From positions 6,758,001 to 6,822,000 of the forward strand of contig OZ193909.1 of the NCBI GenBank assembly GCA_964276515.1: 64,000 nucleotides of DNA, read 5' to 3'. Under the pieces are notes generated by a model, which was not told where the DNA came from, ran no database searches, and saw nothing but the letters and a program-made list of their open reading frames with translations. The first letter of the stretch is position 1. Each line of letters starts with the position of its first letter. Below, piece by piece: positions 1-38,200 of this stretch. The DNA is from Gordius albopunctatus. Taxonomy: Eukaryota. The position numbers and the translations under genes were made by a program.

Positions 1-148
1 GAGAACTTAATTTAAAAACATTCGATCTTTGGTTAATTTTAAACAGAGAATTTAAAGGAGACGATACAAAAAAGGTGTATGCATTGTTTAAAAGGAGAAA
101 AGTAAGATGGCCTGCATAATCTATAAATGTGGGGGGGGGGGGTTAGGT

Positions 149-25314
<25,166 letters not shown>

Positions 25315-26191
25315 ATAATATCCACAATTGAAAAATATTATGGTAACGGTGTGACCGAACTATAAAAAGTAGCAATATTCTTTTTTTACCAATTAGAGAC
25401 AAAAACGGTTGATATAATTTGTTAGTCCTTGCATCTTTAGCTGTTATATTAATTATCAAAATGCGTATAAAATTTTTAACTGCGTTTGCTTATAAAGAAA
25501 ATTAAATTTGATAAATCTTAATAAAAAATTATATAAACAGTGATAAAGCATTAATAATTAAAATGACACAAAACCTATTGTTTGCCTTAAAATTACGGCA
25601 CATGATGTTTACAATAGTAAGTCATGTTTTCCTTATAACTTAAATATTTATCTAAGGAAAAACTTTATCATAATTTTTCAAGCATTTAAATGTGTGAATA
25701 GAATTATAAAATCAGTTTTCAAAGACATTATGACTACTTAAAACATTAAAATTAATCATTGATATTAAGGTATGCGTCATTTAAATCTAAAATAAAACTA
25801 TATTTTATAATTTTGATAACGTACTATATATAATAAATATTTTCTTTTATTGAACCAAAAATTGTGAATTATATAAATTAAATGATATTATTGGTTCAGC
25901 TAGGTTCTGTTTTTTTAATAAGTATAAGCAACTTAATACCTAACCCGCTAACAAATAACGCCGAATTTCGGATAGGACAAATATATAAAAATTTTGTTAT
26001 ATTTTCCCACATACCTTTAATTAAAGCAAACGTTATGATCGATTATTTTAAATAAAATATTTTTGTTATATTTGTTGTCTTTTTTCGAAATATAATTATT
26101 GTTTGAAATGTTATCTTCGAACTAATATTTAATCCATAGACTAATAATAAACAATCAATCAGACCAATAATTCTGACAGAGAGTTTTGCGC

Positions 26192-26935
26192 TGAATAATA
26201 ATCTGTTTTTAGTTTTATTCCAAAACTTCCAGTTTTTAGATGAACGAGGTTGAAGGTGCAAAAAATGCCTATTTTAACCTTTTTCAGGCTATATTGACAC
26301 GGCATTTTTATTTTATATTTAAAAATATTAATATTTTCCTGTACATTAAAGTTTCATCTATAGGTACATTAATTTATTCTTGTTTCACCTCTATATTCAA
26401 ATTTATTCACTTTCGTAAACCCCTTCCCCTAATTCGTACCAGTATGTCTGAAAAACGGAGTAAATTAGAGTATATACTACGTTCGCGATGTTTACAAATC
26501 TAACTCTCTCCCTTCATCTACTCTCCTCTCTTTCTCCTTCCCTCCCGCCCCATCATGTTTGCTTGGTTAGGTATAGAGGCGGAAGCGGAAGAGAAGGGCA
26601 AAGGAAGGGAGTGATGTGTTAGTAAACATCGCGTACGTAGTATGTACTTTAATGTACTCCTTTTAAAGATATAGTGGGACGAATTTTGAGAAGGGGAAGG
26701 GGTCACCTAAACGTAAATAAATTTAAATATAGAGGCGAAACAAAAAAATTAAAATAATGGACCTATAGATGAAACTATAATCTCGATAAAAGAAATTAAT
26801 ATTTTTCCGTAAGAAATGAAAACGCCGTGGCAACATAGCGTCAAAAAAAGTTTAAATGGGCATATTTTGCATCCTCAACCTCGTCTATCTAAAAACTCTA
26901 AGTTTTGGAATAAAAACTAAAAACAGATTATTGTT
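26192..26935. repeat. Long imperfect inverted repeat (MITE/foldback-like)
   Basis: 26192-~26490 is the reverse complement of ~26620-26935 (e.g. aataatctgtttttagttttattccaaaactt / aagttttggaataaaaactaaaaacagattatt). The centre is a pyrimidine/purine tract. Confidence 0.65.
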
Positions 26936-28167
26936 TTTTTTGTAGACCCGTGTAATTGAGTCAGGGTGGCTCTCATGTTTAATGCTTAGCAAAATAACGA
27001 CTATTTCTGTTTAATGTTAAATTTAGGAATCGCATTCACAATGCCAATCATCCACAACGCCAATGACTGTAACAAACTAGATACAAAAATTAAAAACAAT
27101 AATTTAAATGGAAAAATATTAATATATTAAAAAATTACTAAATATAAAGCTATTAATAAAAAAATAAATAACATATGCATAGGCTTTTTATTTATATTCA
27201 TTTGCACATAAATTAATGAATACTTATAGAGAGTAAAGTGCACACGACCTTTTATAATGTAAGGTATAGACGCTTACATATTTTAAATGATAAGCCATAA
27301 GCTATCATATTTAAATATTAGCTCATTATAGAGTTAATTTTATTATAATGATTTAGAATATTATTTAATAACAGTAGAATAAGGATTATGTTTTAAATTA
27401 ATTTTGCATTTTGTATATAAATAAATACATTTGTAATACAATTATGACTTGTTATAGACTAATATATATTTACTTTATAACAAAATGAAATGCATAAGTT
27501 AATGATACTTATATATAGTTGGATATTAGCAAATTAATTATAAATTGATTTTTGGATTTAATTACATTGTCTAAATATATGAACTTTTTTTATAATTATA
27601 CTATATATTATTTGTTCACAAATGGATTAGTATTGAATTTACTTGAGTTAGAGATCTACATCTTTGGGATAATATCGATAAAACATAGATTTTTATGATT
27701 TGCATATAATTGATATCAAATAAACTTTTTAGTATAATTATGTAATATATGTTTCTATTTTCTAATATTGATAAATGAATTGGTATTAAATGGGCATTAG
27801 CTTGACAATTTAAAAAATATAAACAAGATGAAAAATAGAGATAATCATGGCATTGCTATAAAAAAAGAAAATAGTTTAATTTTAAAAATAAAAATAATAT
27901 TTTACGTCTATATGTATATGTTACTAATTTAAACAATTGTCACAAGGTAATGATATTATAACACATTAACCAACGTCCAAACACTAAAATTCCTAAGTAT
28001 AATAAAACTTGAAATTTTTATATATGAAACTCATAGTTTTAATTTTCAGCATTGACTTTTTTCATTGATTTAAGTGAGTGAGATTAAATAAATTTGCTAG
28101 ATTTTAATTACTATTTGCATGCCAATGATCTAACTTCATTATAATTAATGTTTATTTAATAGAAACA

Positions 28168-29205
28168 TGTAGCGTTGCGTCCATTACCTCGCGACGTTAA
28201 TTGACCAATCACAAAGACCTCGAGGACTCAACACTAAATTTAATTGTTTATACAATTAATGTGCGATTATATAAACGCACTTATTTTTCTCAAAAGACAC
28301 TTGATCTTTTATTTGGATATTTAATAAAACACTTATTACATTAATTGGTATATATATCCCATTCTCGACATTAGTGACCCCGTTTGGGGGAGCCAAAATA
28401 TTTTTTTTAAAATCTCCCCTGAATACGCCCTTAAATATTAGGTACTATCTTTGGCAATCCGGCATCCACGATCGAGCTGCAACAAAACTTCAACCTCTTA
28501 AGACCTCTATCAATACGTGTCTGACTGCTGTGACAAGTTGCCTACCTACCTGTGTGTTTCTACGAGGAAAAACATGATGTTCTACTACATCTCTACATAG
28601 ACAACAACAACGTCTGCAGAACGCCCGTCCACTGCTCCGCATGGCCCTAATCACAAAACCCATCTCAACATCAACACCGCATGGCCTCTTGCAACGGGCA
28701 AAGACTACGTTCGGCAAAACAATGACACCTACTAACAACGTTCTCACCACCGCTTACCGGTTTAGTTGATGACCGATTGCAATTCCAATATAGATACCTC
28801 TGCCCGCGGCATGTATCTTATTAATATATTGGATAGCACCACAACAACATACACGCAACTCACACCTCGGTCACCTCACTAACAACCACGGTAGGCGGAA
28901 ACAAAACTGGCTGGTAGTACGAACATCCTTTACACATACTTTACATCAACCAAAAAAATTTTCAATTTTAAGTAACGCTCCACGTCTACGAAGGGGACTA
29001 TTTGTAGCGTTGCGTCCATTACCTCGCGACGTTAATTGACCAATCACAAACACCTCGAGGACTCAACACTAAATTTAATTGTTTATTCAATTAATGCGCG
29101 ATTATATAAACGCACCTATTTTTCTCAAAAGACACTTGCTCTTTTATTTGGATATTTAATAAAACACTTATTACATTAATTGGTATATATATCCCATTCT
29201 CGACA
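28168..29205 (+). mobile_element. TRIM-like non-autonomous LTR retrotransposon
   Basis: 203-bp TG..CA LTRs at 28168-28370 and 29003-29205, PBS-like t(a/g)gtgaccccg, PPT aagggga, 4-bp TSD aaca, non-coding interior. Confidence 0.9.
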
Positions 29206-29295
29206 AACAAATTAACTTTATAATTTTTTCTGTTTATTAAGGATATAAACGTTCTTAAATATGACCAACATTAACTCATTTTACAATTTGAGATA

Positions 29296-31806
29296 TTATA
29301 ATTCTAAACTGAAGAATGGGCTGAGAAGTTCTAAATCAAGGAATGGGTTGAGAAGTTTCCAAAATAGAGTTTGCACTAACACCTAAAAAATTAATATACA
29401 CTTCAGAGATCTACTTGGTGGTCTGTAGTGACATTATTTCTTTTCCTAGAAGATCGCACGCTATGACGTCGATTGACAGATCTTCCTTGGAACTTATCGA
29501 TTTATTATGATCTTCTCAGAAGATCATAGAGATATTTAAGTCTTCCCAGAATAATTCCACCACCTACACATTTTCCTAAAATTCCAAACGGTCCAACGTT
29601 GCAAGCGGCTAATTAAAGCAATATTGTAACTTACGGACAAAAGCTGCTAAATTTGGAATTAGGTTTGAGACGCGAACTTAAATGGATATTTCTAGTCGCT
29701 GATGTTCATTCACCTATTATTGGGGCGGACTTTTTACACAGGTTGATTGACGGAACGACTCAACTAACGTCAAGATGCCAACCATCCCCCCCCCCCATCA
29801 TACATCAGGAATTCGTGTAGGATATATACAATCTCATTCCGATTTCGATCTAATAATAAAAGAATTCCCACAACTTATAGCACCGGCTGGTTTCAATTGC
29901 CAATTACCCAACCACCACATACACCATCATATCTCAACAATGGGACCGGCACAACATTCAAGGCCGAGGCGTTTGACAGCGGACAAGCTGGAAGCAGCCA
30001 AAAAAGATTTGAATTCATGGTCGAGTTAGAAATCATTCAAAAATCGGAAAGCAGCTGGGCATCACCGTTGCATCTAGCCATAAAAAATCAGGAGATTGGA
30101 GACCATGTGGGGACTACAGGAGTCTAAATAGAGTAACTACTCCCGGTCGGTACCCAATTCCACATATTCATGATTTTACGGCTAATTTATGCGGAAAAAC
30201 AATTTTTAGTAAATTGGATTTGATAAGAGCTTATCATCATATCCCAATAGCCGACGAAGACATCTGCAAGACCGCAGTTACGACACCATTCGATCTTTAT
30301 GAATTCCGTAGGATGCCATTTGGTCTTAAAAACGCAGCCCAAACGTTTCATACTAGGTCTCGACGGCACATACGCTTACATTGACGACATCCTTATAACC
30401 AGTTCATCCGAAAACGAACACAAAAATCATCTCAAAGCAGTCCTACAGCGTTTGCATGATTTTAACCTTAGAATTAATCCTTTAAAATGCAAATTTGGAT
30501 TTCGAGAACTAGAATTCCTGGGACACAAATAAACCGCCGCAGATATCACTCCGTTAACAGAGAGGATTGAAGCCATTCGCGATTTTCCAATACCGAGTTC
30601 AAATAAAAAACTTAGAGGATTCTTGGGGATGATCAACTTTTTTCGATGATTTTTGCCGGGAATTTCCCACATTCTGCAACCTTTGACGCATTTGTTGAAA
30701 AATCCACAGAAGACAATATTCTTAAACGAGGATCAGGTAAAAGCATTTCAAAGAGCAAAAGCTGCGCTTTGTAATTTTACCGCTTTAACCTTTTTTGATA
30801 CGGGACCTAATATCCAAATAACCTTAACCACTGACGCCTCAGATTCCGCATTGGGTGCTGTCTTGCAACAGGTAATAGCAGGAAAATCTTTTCCACTTGC
30901 GTTCTTTTCGGCGAAATTGTAACCAACACAACAGAGATACAGCACATTCGGACGCGAACTCCTCGCAATATACTTAGCGATCAAACATTTTAGACATATT
31001 TTAGAAGGACGCGTTTTTATAATTTACACCGATCATAAACCACTGATTTATGCGTTCGATGCGAAACCTGATCGTTATTACCCCCCCCCCCTAGAAAACT
31101 TCGCCAATATTTCACATAATTCACATTTTCCCCCTTTTAATCGATACATTATCAATGTATCTGGGAAGAGAGTATCTGTAGTGACATCATTTCTTTTCCT
31201 AGAAGATCGCACGCTATGACGTCGATTGACAGATCTTCCTTGGAACTTATCGATTTATTATGATCTTCTCAGAAGATCATAGAGATATTTAAGTCTTCCC
31301 AGAGGTCTTATAATTCTAAACTGAGGAATGGGTTGAGAAGTTCTAAATTGAGGAATTGGTTGAAAGTTTCCAAAATAGAGTTTGCAGTAAGACCTAAAAA
31401 ATTAGTATACACTTCAGAAATCTACTTGGTGGTCTTATAATTCGAAACTGAGGAATGGGTTGAGAAGTTTCCAAAATAGAGTTTGCAGTAAGACCTAAAA
31501 AATTAGTATACACTTAAGAAATCTACTTGGTGGCCTTATAATTCTAAACTGAGGAATGTGTTGAGAAGTTCTAAACTGAGGAATGGGTTGAGAAGTTTCC
31601 AAAATAGAGTTTGCACTAACACCTAAAAAATTAGTATACACTTCAGAAATCTACTTGGTGGTCTTATAATTCTAAACTGAGGAATGGGCTGAGAAGTTCT
31701 AAATCTAGGAATGGGTTGAGAACTTTCCAAAATAGACTTTGCAGTAAGACCTAAAAAATTAGTATATACTTCAGAAATCTACTTGGTGGCCTTATAATTT
31801 TAAACT
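29296..31806. repeat. ~128-bp tandem array interrupted by the Gypsy element
   Basis: The unit cttataattctaaactgaggaatggg..ctacttggtggt occurs at ~29296 and at 31307, 31434, 31535, 31663 and 31791, with a 26-27-bp subrepeat. Confidence 0.85.
29424..31303 (+). mobile_element. Internally deleted Gypsy LTR retrotransposon (pol pseudogene: protease end, RT, RNase H)
   Basis: 127-bp direct repeats at 29424-29550 and 31177-31303, TSD ggtc, PPT gggaagagag. Motifs SPLHL, YIDD, LEFLGH, TDAS and ELLAIY with stops and frameshifts. No gag or integrase seen. Confidence 0.9.
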
Positions 31807-32053
31807 GGGTTAGGATTTATCTAAAATACGGGTGAGTTTTTTTTTAAGGATTTAGGATAAATCTGTGAGGGATATACGTTTAAATTGGAATTTCGCCACT
31901 ATTTAATTGGTTGGCAATACTAGACGTTATTTCAGATACCTCCAAAACTTTGGTAACTTTTGATTGGTTTAGCCATTGGCATTCTTAAGCATTGGCATTA
32001 TGGACGATTGTCTTTTTGAACAGAAACGAAATTTAGGATTGAAAGAATCATAC

Positions 32054-32330
32054 GAATCTGGTGCAAAATGTAATATGTGCAAAATCTAATAATGTAATAT
32101 TCGCATTTTAGAAATTGAGACCGGTTTTCACGCATATTCATACGCATGTAATATGTACTAAAAAACTACGTATTAAAAGGATACTATAATTGTTAATTGA
32201 AACAAAATAAGTTATATCAAAATGTATAATACTATTTTATAAATAAATACATATTATCAAATAAATCACTAAATCTAACCCTAACCCTTGCCTATATTAG
32301 ATTTTGCACATATTACATTGTCACAGAAGT
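32054..32330. mobile_element. Non-autonomous DNA transposon, copy 2
   Basis: Same family as 21549-21804. Flanked by gaatcatac on both sides. Confidence 0.75.
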
Positions 32331-33537
32331 GAATCATACACAACATCGAGAAATTTTAACATCGAGACTAGGTTGACAAATTAGACAATATATCTGAAGC
32401 ATCAAATTAATATTGAAGAATATATGTATTTTGTACAAATTTTATTTAATATTAAAATATTAAATACTATTGTATAATTAATATATATTAATTAACTATA
32501 TAGTAAATGTTTTATAATAACAATGTATTGATATTAAATAGTTGCCTGTCAAGACTATAGATATGAGCAGTTTATCATAAATAAATTAAAATATATTAGT
32601 TTGCTATATAATAATATATGATTTTATTTTTTATTATATAGGATCATGTATAATGTTTTATATCAAATGAACTGATATTTGTGCGATTGCTAACATATGA
32701 CGAGTCATTGTAAATTTAATTGTACTTCAGTAGTTTTATTAAGGATAAAATATTGTAAAAATTAGATAATATATAGTTTTATATCAACAAATTAAAATGA
32801 TCATTTTAACTAATGTAATTTTAACTATACAATGTGAACAAAATTCTTAATATCGTGTATAACCTTATATTATTTGTATAAGTATAACAATGGCTTATCT
32901 AAATTCGCACAAACCTATTAATATCTTAATCTTATATGTATAGTTTTTTTTATATAATATTTTATAATGTTCTATATTAGCACAAGATCTGGAGAAGGAA
33001 AAAATGGCAGTTTTATAATAATATAATCTTTATGAAAAGGGTTTGTAAGAAAACACCCACAATAAGACATTAGATGATTTATAGATATTGAGAAATGTGA
33101 GTGCTCAAACGAGGAGGAACGTGACATGTTGTCTTTGAAAACTTTTTGTCAGATATCAAATCCTTTTAAATAATGGAGAAGCACTAATTTAAAGAGTGCA
33201 TGATAAAAAATTGTTTGTTAAGAAATAATGTTACTTTAACATTGTAAATAAACTATTTGTTTGCATTCTATTTGTATATAGCATACATTGATATTGTTCT
33301 CAAAGTTTTTAGCATTTACAACTTTTTAACTTATATTTATATTATTTTAGAAATTAGTAAATAAATTGCAGGTTAATGATATAATTTAGAAGATAATAAC
33401 AACCCCTTTCAGGAGTGCCCGCAATTAAATTAAAAGAATACTCTAATTAGCGCCATCTATAGGCAATTTTAATTAGAGACTAATTTGAACTATGTATATC
33501 CCCATCTTTTTTAGTATGTGACTCGAAAATGATAACA

Positions 33538-33580
33538 GACATATAACGTTTTCGCTCTTATTAGAGCTCATCAGTATGCC
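33538..33580 (-). ncRNA. Minimal type I hammerhead ribozyme (Penelope/retrozyme-like)
   Basis: Minus strand reads GGCAUA-CUGAUGA-GCUCU-AAUA-AGAGC-GAAA-ACGUU-A-UAUGUC. This gives a full core, 6-bp stem I, 5-bp stem II, palindromic AACGUU stem III and a UUA cleavage triplet. Confidence 0.8.
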
Positions 33581-33958
33581 ACATAAATATTAGTCAATAG
33601 AATATAATTATATATATATATAAGTATAAATATATTTAGTGCTTATATTTACGAGTAAATATATATAATGAATAATTATTAAATATGTATATTATATATA
33701 TATATTAGTATTTCAATAATTTTACCTATTTTTATATAATATGTAAAAATAAACATAGTACTCTAAATCTTATATAATAGAATGGCCAAGTTGTTTTGTT
33801 TCGAATTTCATGGTTTGTGAAGGTGAGATAAATAAATTAGTGATACTATTATTCTTGGTATATCTGTATAAATAAATATAATTAAATTTATACACAATGT
33901 ATTAATACAAATACCTTGGCGTTTTGATGTTTCGGGAATGGCAGAAATGTGATTCATG

Positions 33959-34417
33959 TGTAGCGTTGCGTCCATTACCTCGCGACGTTAATTGACCAAT
34001 TACAAACACCTCGAGGACTCAACACTAAATTTAATTGTTTATTCAATTAATGCACGATTATATAAACGCACTTATTTTTCTCAAAAGATACTTGCTCTTG
34101 TATTTGGATAAATAATAAAACTATCCCGAAATTGGTGACCCCGTTCGGGGGAGCCATATATTTTTTTTAAAAACTCCCCCTGAATACGCCCTTAAATATT
34201 AGGCACTATTTTTGGTAATCCAGCATCCACGATCGAGCTGCAACAAAACTTCAACCTCTTAACACCTCTAGCAATACGTGTCCGACTGCTGTGACAAGTT
34301 GCCTACCTACCTGTGTGTTTCTACGAAGAAAAACATGATGTTCTACTACACCTCTACATAGACAACAACAACGTCTGCCGAACGCCCGTCCACTGCTGCG
34401 CATGGCCCTAATCACAA
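33959..34417 (+). mobile_element. 3'-truncated second copy of the TRIM family
   Basis: Same LTR start tgtagcgttgcgtcc, PBS tggtgaccccg at ~34133, and an interior matching 28371-~28657. Confidence 0.85.
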
Positions 34418-35265
34418 TTGGTCGTCGTGACGATGGAAAATCTGTAGGCTGTGCAGGAATGGATTGAAAAAATAATCCTTTAAGGTTTTTAGCTCTTTCG
34501 TCCATAAAATTTGAAATTTTCACTGCACATTGCACATAAAAAACATAAGCCAAAAAGGCGGCTTAAATAAATTAAATGCAAAAATTAATTCGCAGGTCTT
34601 TTGTAATATTAGTCTATGATTTCAACCCTTTACTTATAGTCGTATGTAATATACTCAACAGTTTTGGAATGCGATCTCCACACTCTTAAGGCTGTTTACA
34701 TTTCATATATTTTAAGCTTGAAATGTTATTAAATAGATATCAAAATTTTATTTTGCTCACAAATTATTTTGCCTAAATAAACTAAAAATGCTTGCACAAG
34801 TTTCGGTTGTTACATAAAATCTAAAAATGTTTTACTATCCATTTATATTTAAGATTATCTGGACATAAGTTGATAGACACGGCTTGGAAATTATAATTGG
34901 CTTACGAAAAATTCAGTAGACTTTAAATTTTTTTTAAGAGGTAACAAGAAATAACTCTATATAATATTCAAGAACCATAAATGATACTCAATTCACAAAA
35001 TTTTAGAAAATAGGCTGAGGCTAATATATAAGTTATAAAAATAGCTGGTACGCTTCTTTAAAATTATTTTTTCATTTTAACTTGTTTACTTTATGAAATT
35101 TGATCGTATCATAGACAGGCCGTTATTAACTGATGTTGATTAAATAACGGGTTTATTTATATATATATGGCAATTCGACAAATGTATGTTACAAATGACA
35201 TGAATTAAGGTAAGAGAGAATCAAATGATTTTCATAAAAACTTTATTTGGTGGTTTAATTTGCGA

Positions 35266-38200
35266 TCAGCTTTTATCCGTGTTAAGGCGGTATATCTGCA
35301 AATTTAATGTTATATTAAATTAGTATAAAACATAACAAAAACCAAGTTTAAAATATTGCTTAGATTATATGTATTTACCTGAATGTAAGCTTCCGAAAGG
35401 GTTATCATTTGTGGCAATATCTCGGCAACGTGAAGATCTTGCATTTCATACCACTTACCCGTTCCCTATAAATAACAATTTATCCGGTTTTATCATCGAA
35501 TGTAATCGAGAAAAACAAAATTCTTATATAACTAACCTTATGTAGTACGTGCATTCGATAGGTGCCAGAAGTTTGACCGGGTAATGAATCGTGGACTATA
35601 TTAGCTACCAAATCGTAACTCGTGTGTGGATTGGAATCTTGAATTTTTGGATCAGAAGATAAGTATTCTCCCATGTCTATATCTCTGTGTAATTTTCGAA
35701 AATAAAACAATATTAAAAAATTATCACCAGTTTCCAACGAAAAACCAATATATTATTTTGCATTCCTTACGTGATAGGGAAATTGACAATAGTTGGATTC
35801 TTTTCCAGGTAAAAGGTGTTTTTGGTGAACCTCTGTGAGTAAAAAATAACACAAAATTCAAGTTTAAAAAATGTATATCCGATTAATGGCATATTCATAC
35901 TTTGTAAATTTCGCATATATCCAAGTCAAAATGGATCTAGGACCTGATTACAAATACATTTCTTAACAAAAACATTAAAGGCCCCGATACCTTATAATTA
36001 ATTATAAAATTATCGAGTAACATGATCATTCTCATTTTAAAAAACAAAATAATTATAGCGTTCATAAGTTACTTTGAAGCATAAAATTAGGTAAGGTGGG
36101 AGCCTGGTGAGTTCAAAACGTTTGAGAGTAGAATCTTTATAAGTTTTGTATTCCTTCTCGGTTACTCCATTAAATTTGGCCAATATGGTATGGATGGGAA
36201 CTTGGGGTATTATGTTACCCTCTAGCTCATCTTTAAACAGCGGAGGAGGTGGCAAATCCACGGCGAGGTACAAAAATGGCATTTCTTCGGTCCTTTCTAT
36301 TGTGCATAGAAAAAACTTTTTGACTATTATATTCAAGAAGTATTGCTGCATTGCATTAACGACTTAACTCAAATCTAAATAAGTAAGAAATGATTTTAAA
36401 TATGGACAAATTCTATATTATTGGCCATATAACTAAAAATATATATTATGGAAAACATCTTAGAATTAGCATTTGCATGGTGACCAAATTAGGGAATTAG
36501 ATCAAAACCGGATTACATAAGAATAAACTTAAAAATTGCAAATCACCATCTTCAGAAATGGCAAAACAATGTGGCATTTCAGTACCCCAAAAGAATTATT
36601 ATAATTTTTTCACTATTACCTTTGTATTCTTCCGTGAGTATCAAAAGCTCCTTTTCCTCGTCACTCTAAAAATGAAAAACGATGAAACTATTTATGAATG
36701 ATACTATTAAATAAAATGTAAACGAAAAATTGTGGAAAAGATTGAAATTTACCAAATTCAATGGTGGAACTTTCCTCGAATGGACCCTCATCCAACCTTG
36801 AAACGTTTTGTAAATGATGCTGCTATTCTTTCTCTTGGTCCCGTTCAGGGATAAATGGAAAGCGTTCAGTAGCCACGACATAAACTCGACGGGATCACCT
36901 TTAAAAGAGCGCTGTTTTAAGAAAAACATGCCGTATTTTGCGATAAAAATGATGACAAAAAACTACCAACTGACCCCCATAAATTTAGTGAAATTTTGTA
37001 CAAATGTTTTCTTAAAGTAAATTGGTTCATCTAAACACTTTTTGGTTATAAGAAACAGCGGTGTAAATGATATAACATTTCAACCTTAAAATACTAGAGT
37101 AATAAGCTAGATAAAGTCTCTATCCTTCCTTCTTTTTCTAATAAGCTTATATCAAGGCTAATGCCAAAATTTGAATTTAGTCTCATAAATTAGGCGCAAT
37201 ACGAAACTAAATCCTCCATTATGACCAAAATCCCCAACGGATCGATCCTCAATAACTAATTTTACATTATATATTAACCTTGTTCGGTAAATTGGAATTT
37301 TTTCCTACTGCAAAGCACCACCGCTTGCAACATTTCGTGCGGGCTAACGTGGGCTTTGAAATTTTTCGGGTTCCACAACTTACGCAGCAGCTCGCCGAAC
37401 CGTTGCACTATGAGGAACATGATATCGCCAGGTGGCCGGGGTATGCCGGAATAATTGGACTCACGCAAAAAGTAATTTCTCAAAGGGGTCACATGCGACA
37501 GCGCCTATAACATTGGTTTCCATGTGTGTGTGCCATATCCATATGATTAAATTAATATACATTCGGGTGTATTACTTCAATTTACGTCGACACTCGTTAT
37601 TTGCGTCGTTGTAGGTTAAATAAAAATTTCAGATTATTTACCACGTAGAATGTATATTGCTAGCGAAGTTTGGTTCAACTAAGAATGAATCGGCTAAAAC
37701 CAAAGGCCTACCCAGCCGGTTTCACAACGCTATTGATATCATCAGCGAATGTTACTATAAGGATACTTTATGGTTCAGCGAGAGTCCCTTTACCACCCCC
37801 CCCCCTCCTCCTCCATATAGTGAGATGATTAAGAATTTATATTAGAATTTATAAGTGTCGAAATCTCTGTTTATAAACATCATTACCGAATAATTACTAT
37901 TACTACTATTATTATTAGAATATAATAAAAACTGTTTGAGAAATTATTATGCGGATATACCACAATTAATTGAACTACACTCTATAGATTCTAGATTCAT
38001 ATTCTTCGTATATATATGCAGTATATAAAAAATGACTTTTTAGAAGGGGGAGAGGGGGGGGGGTCAAAGCATACGAATTCATAAATAAAAATTGGTCCAA
38101 GAGCAGGGAGATAGGGGAGACCGGGGCTACTTTAGCCATAAAAAATTAAATCGCGTTTAAAAAAAACTAAAGATTATTTTTCCAATTTTTTTGTTGGAAT

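Noticed and set aside
28490..28750. Cys-rich ORF repeated at 34251-34553
   Set aside because: It is an antisense translation of the TRIM interior with no recognisable domain.
36146..37510. Plus-strand ORFs overlapping USP39 exons
   Set aside because: They are antisense shadows of real minus-strand exons.
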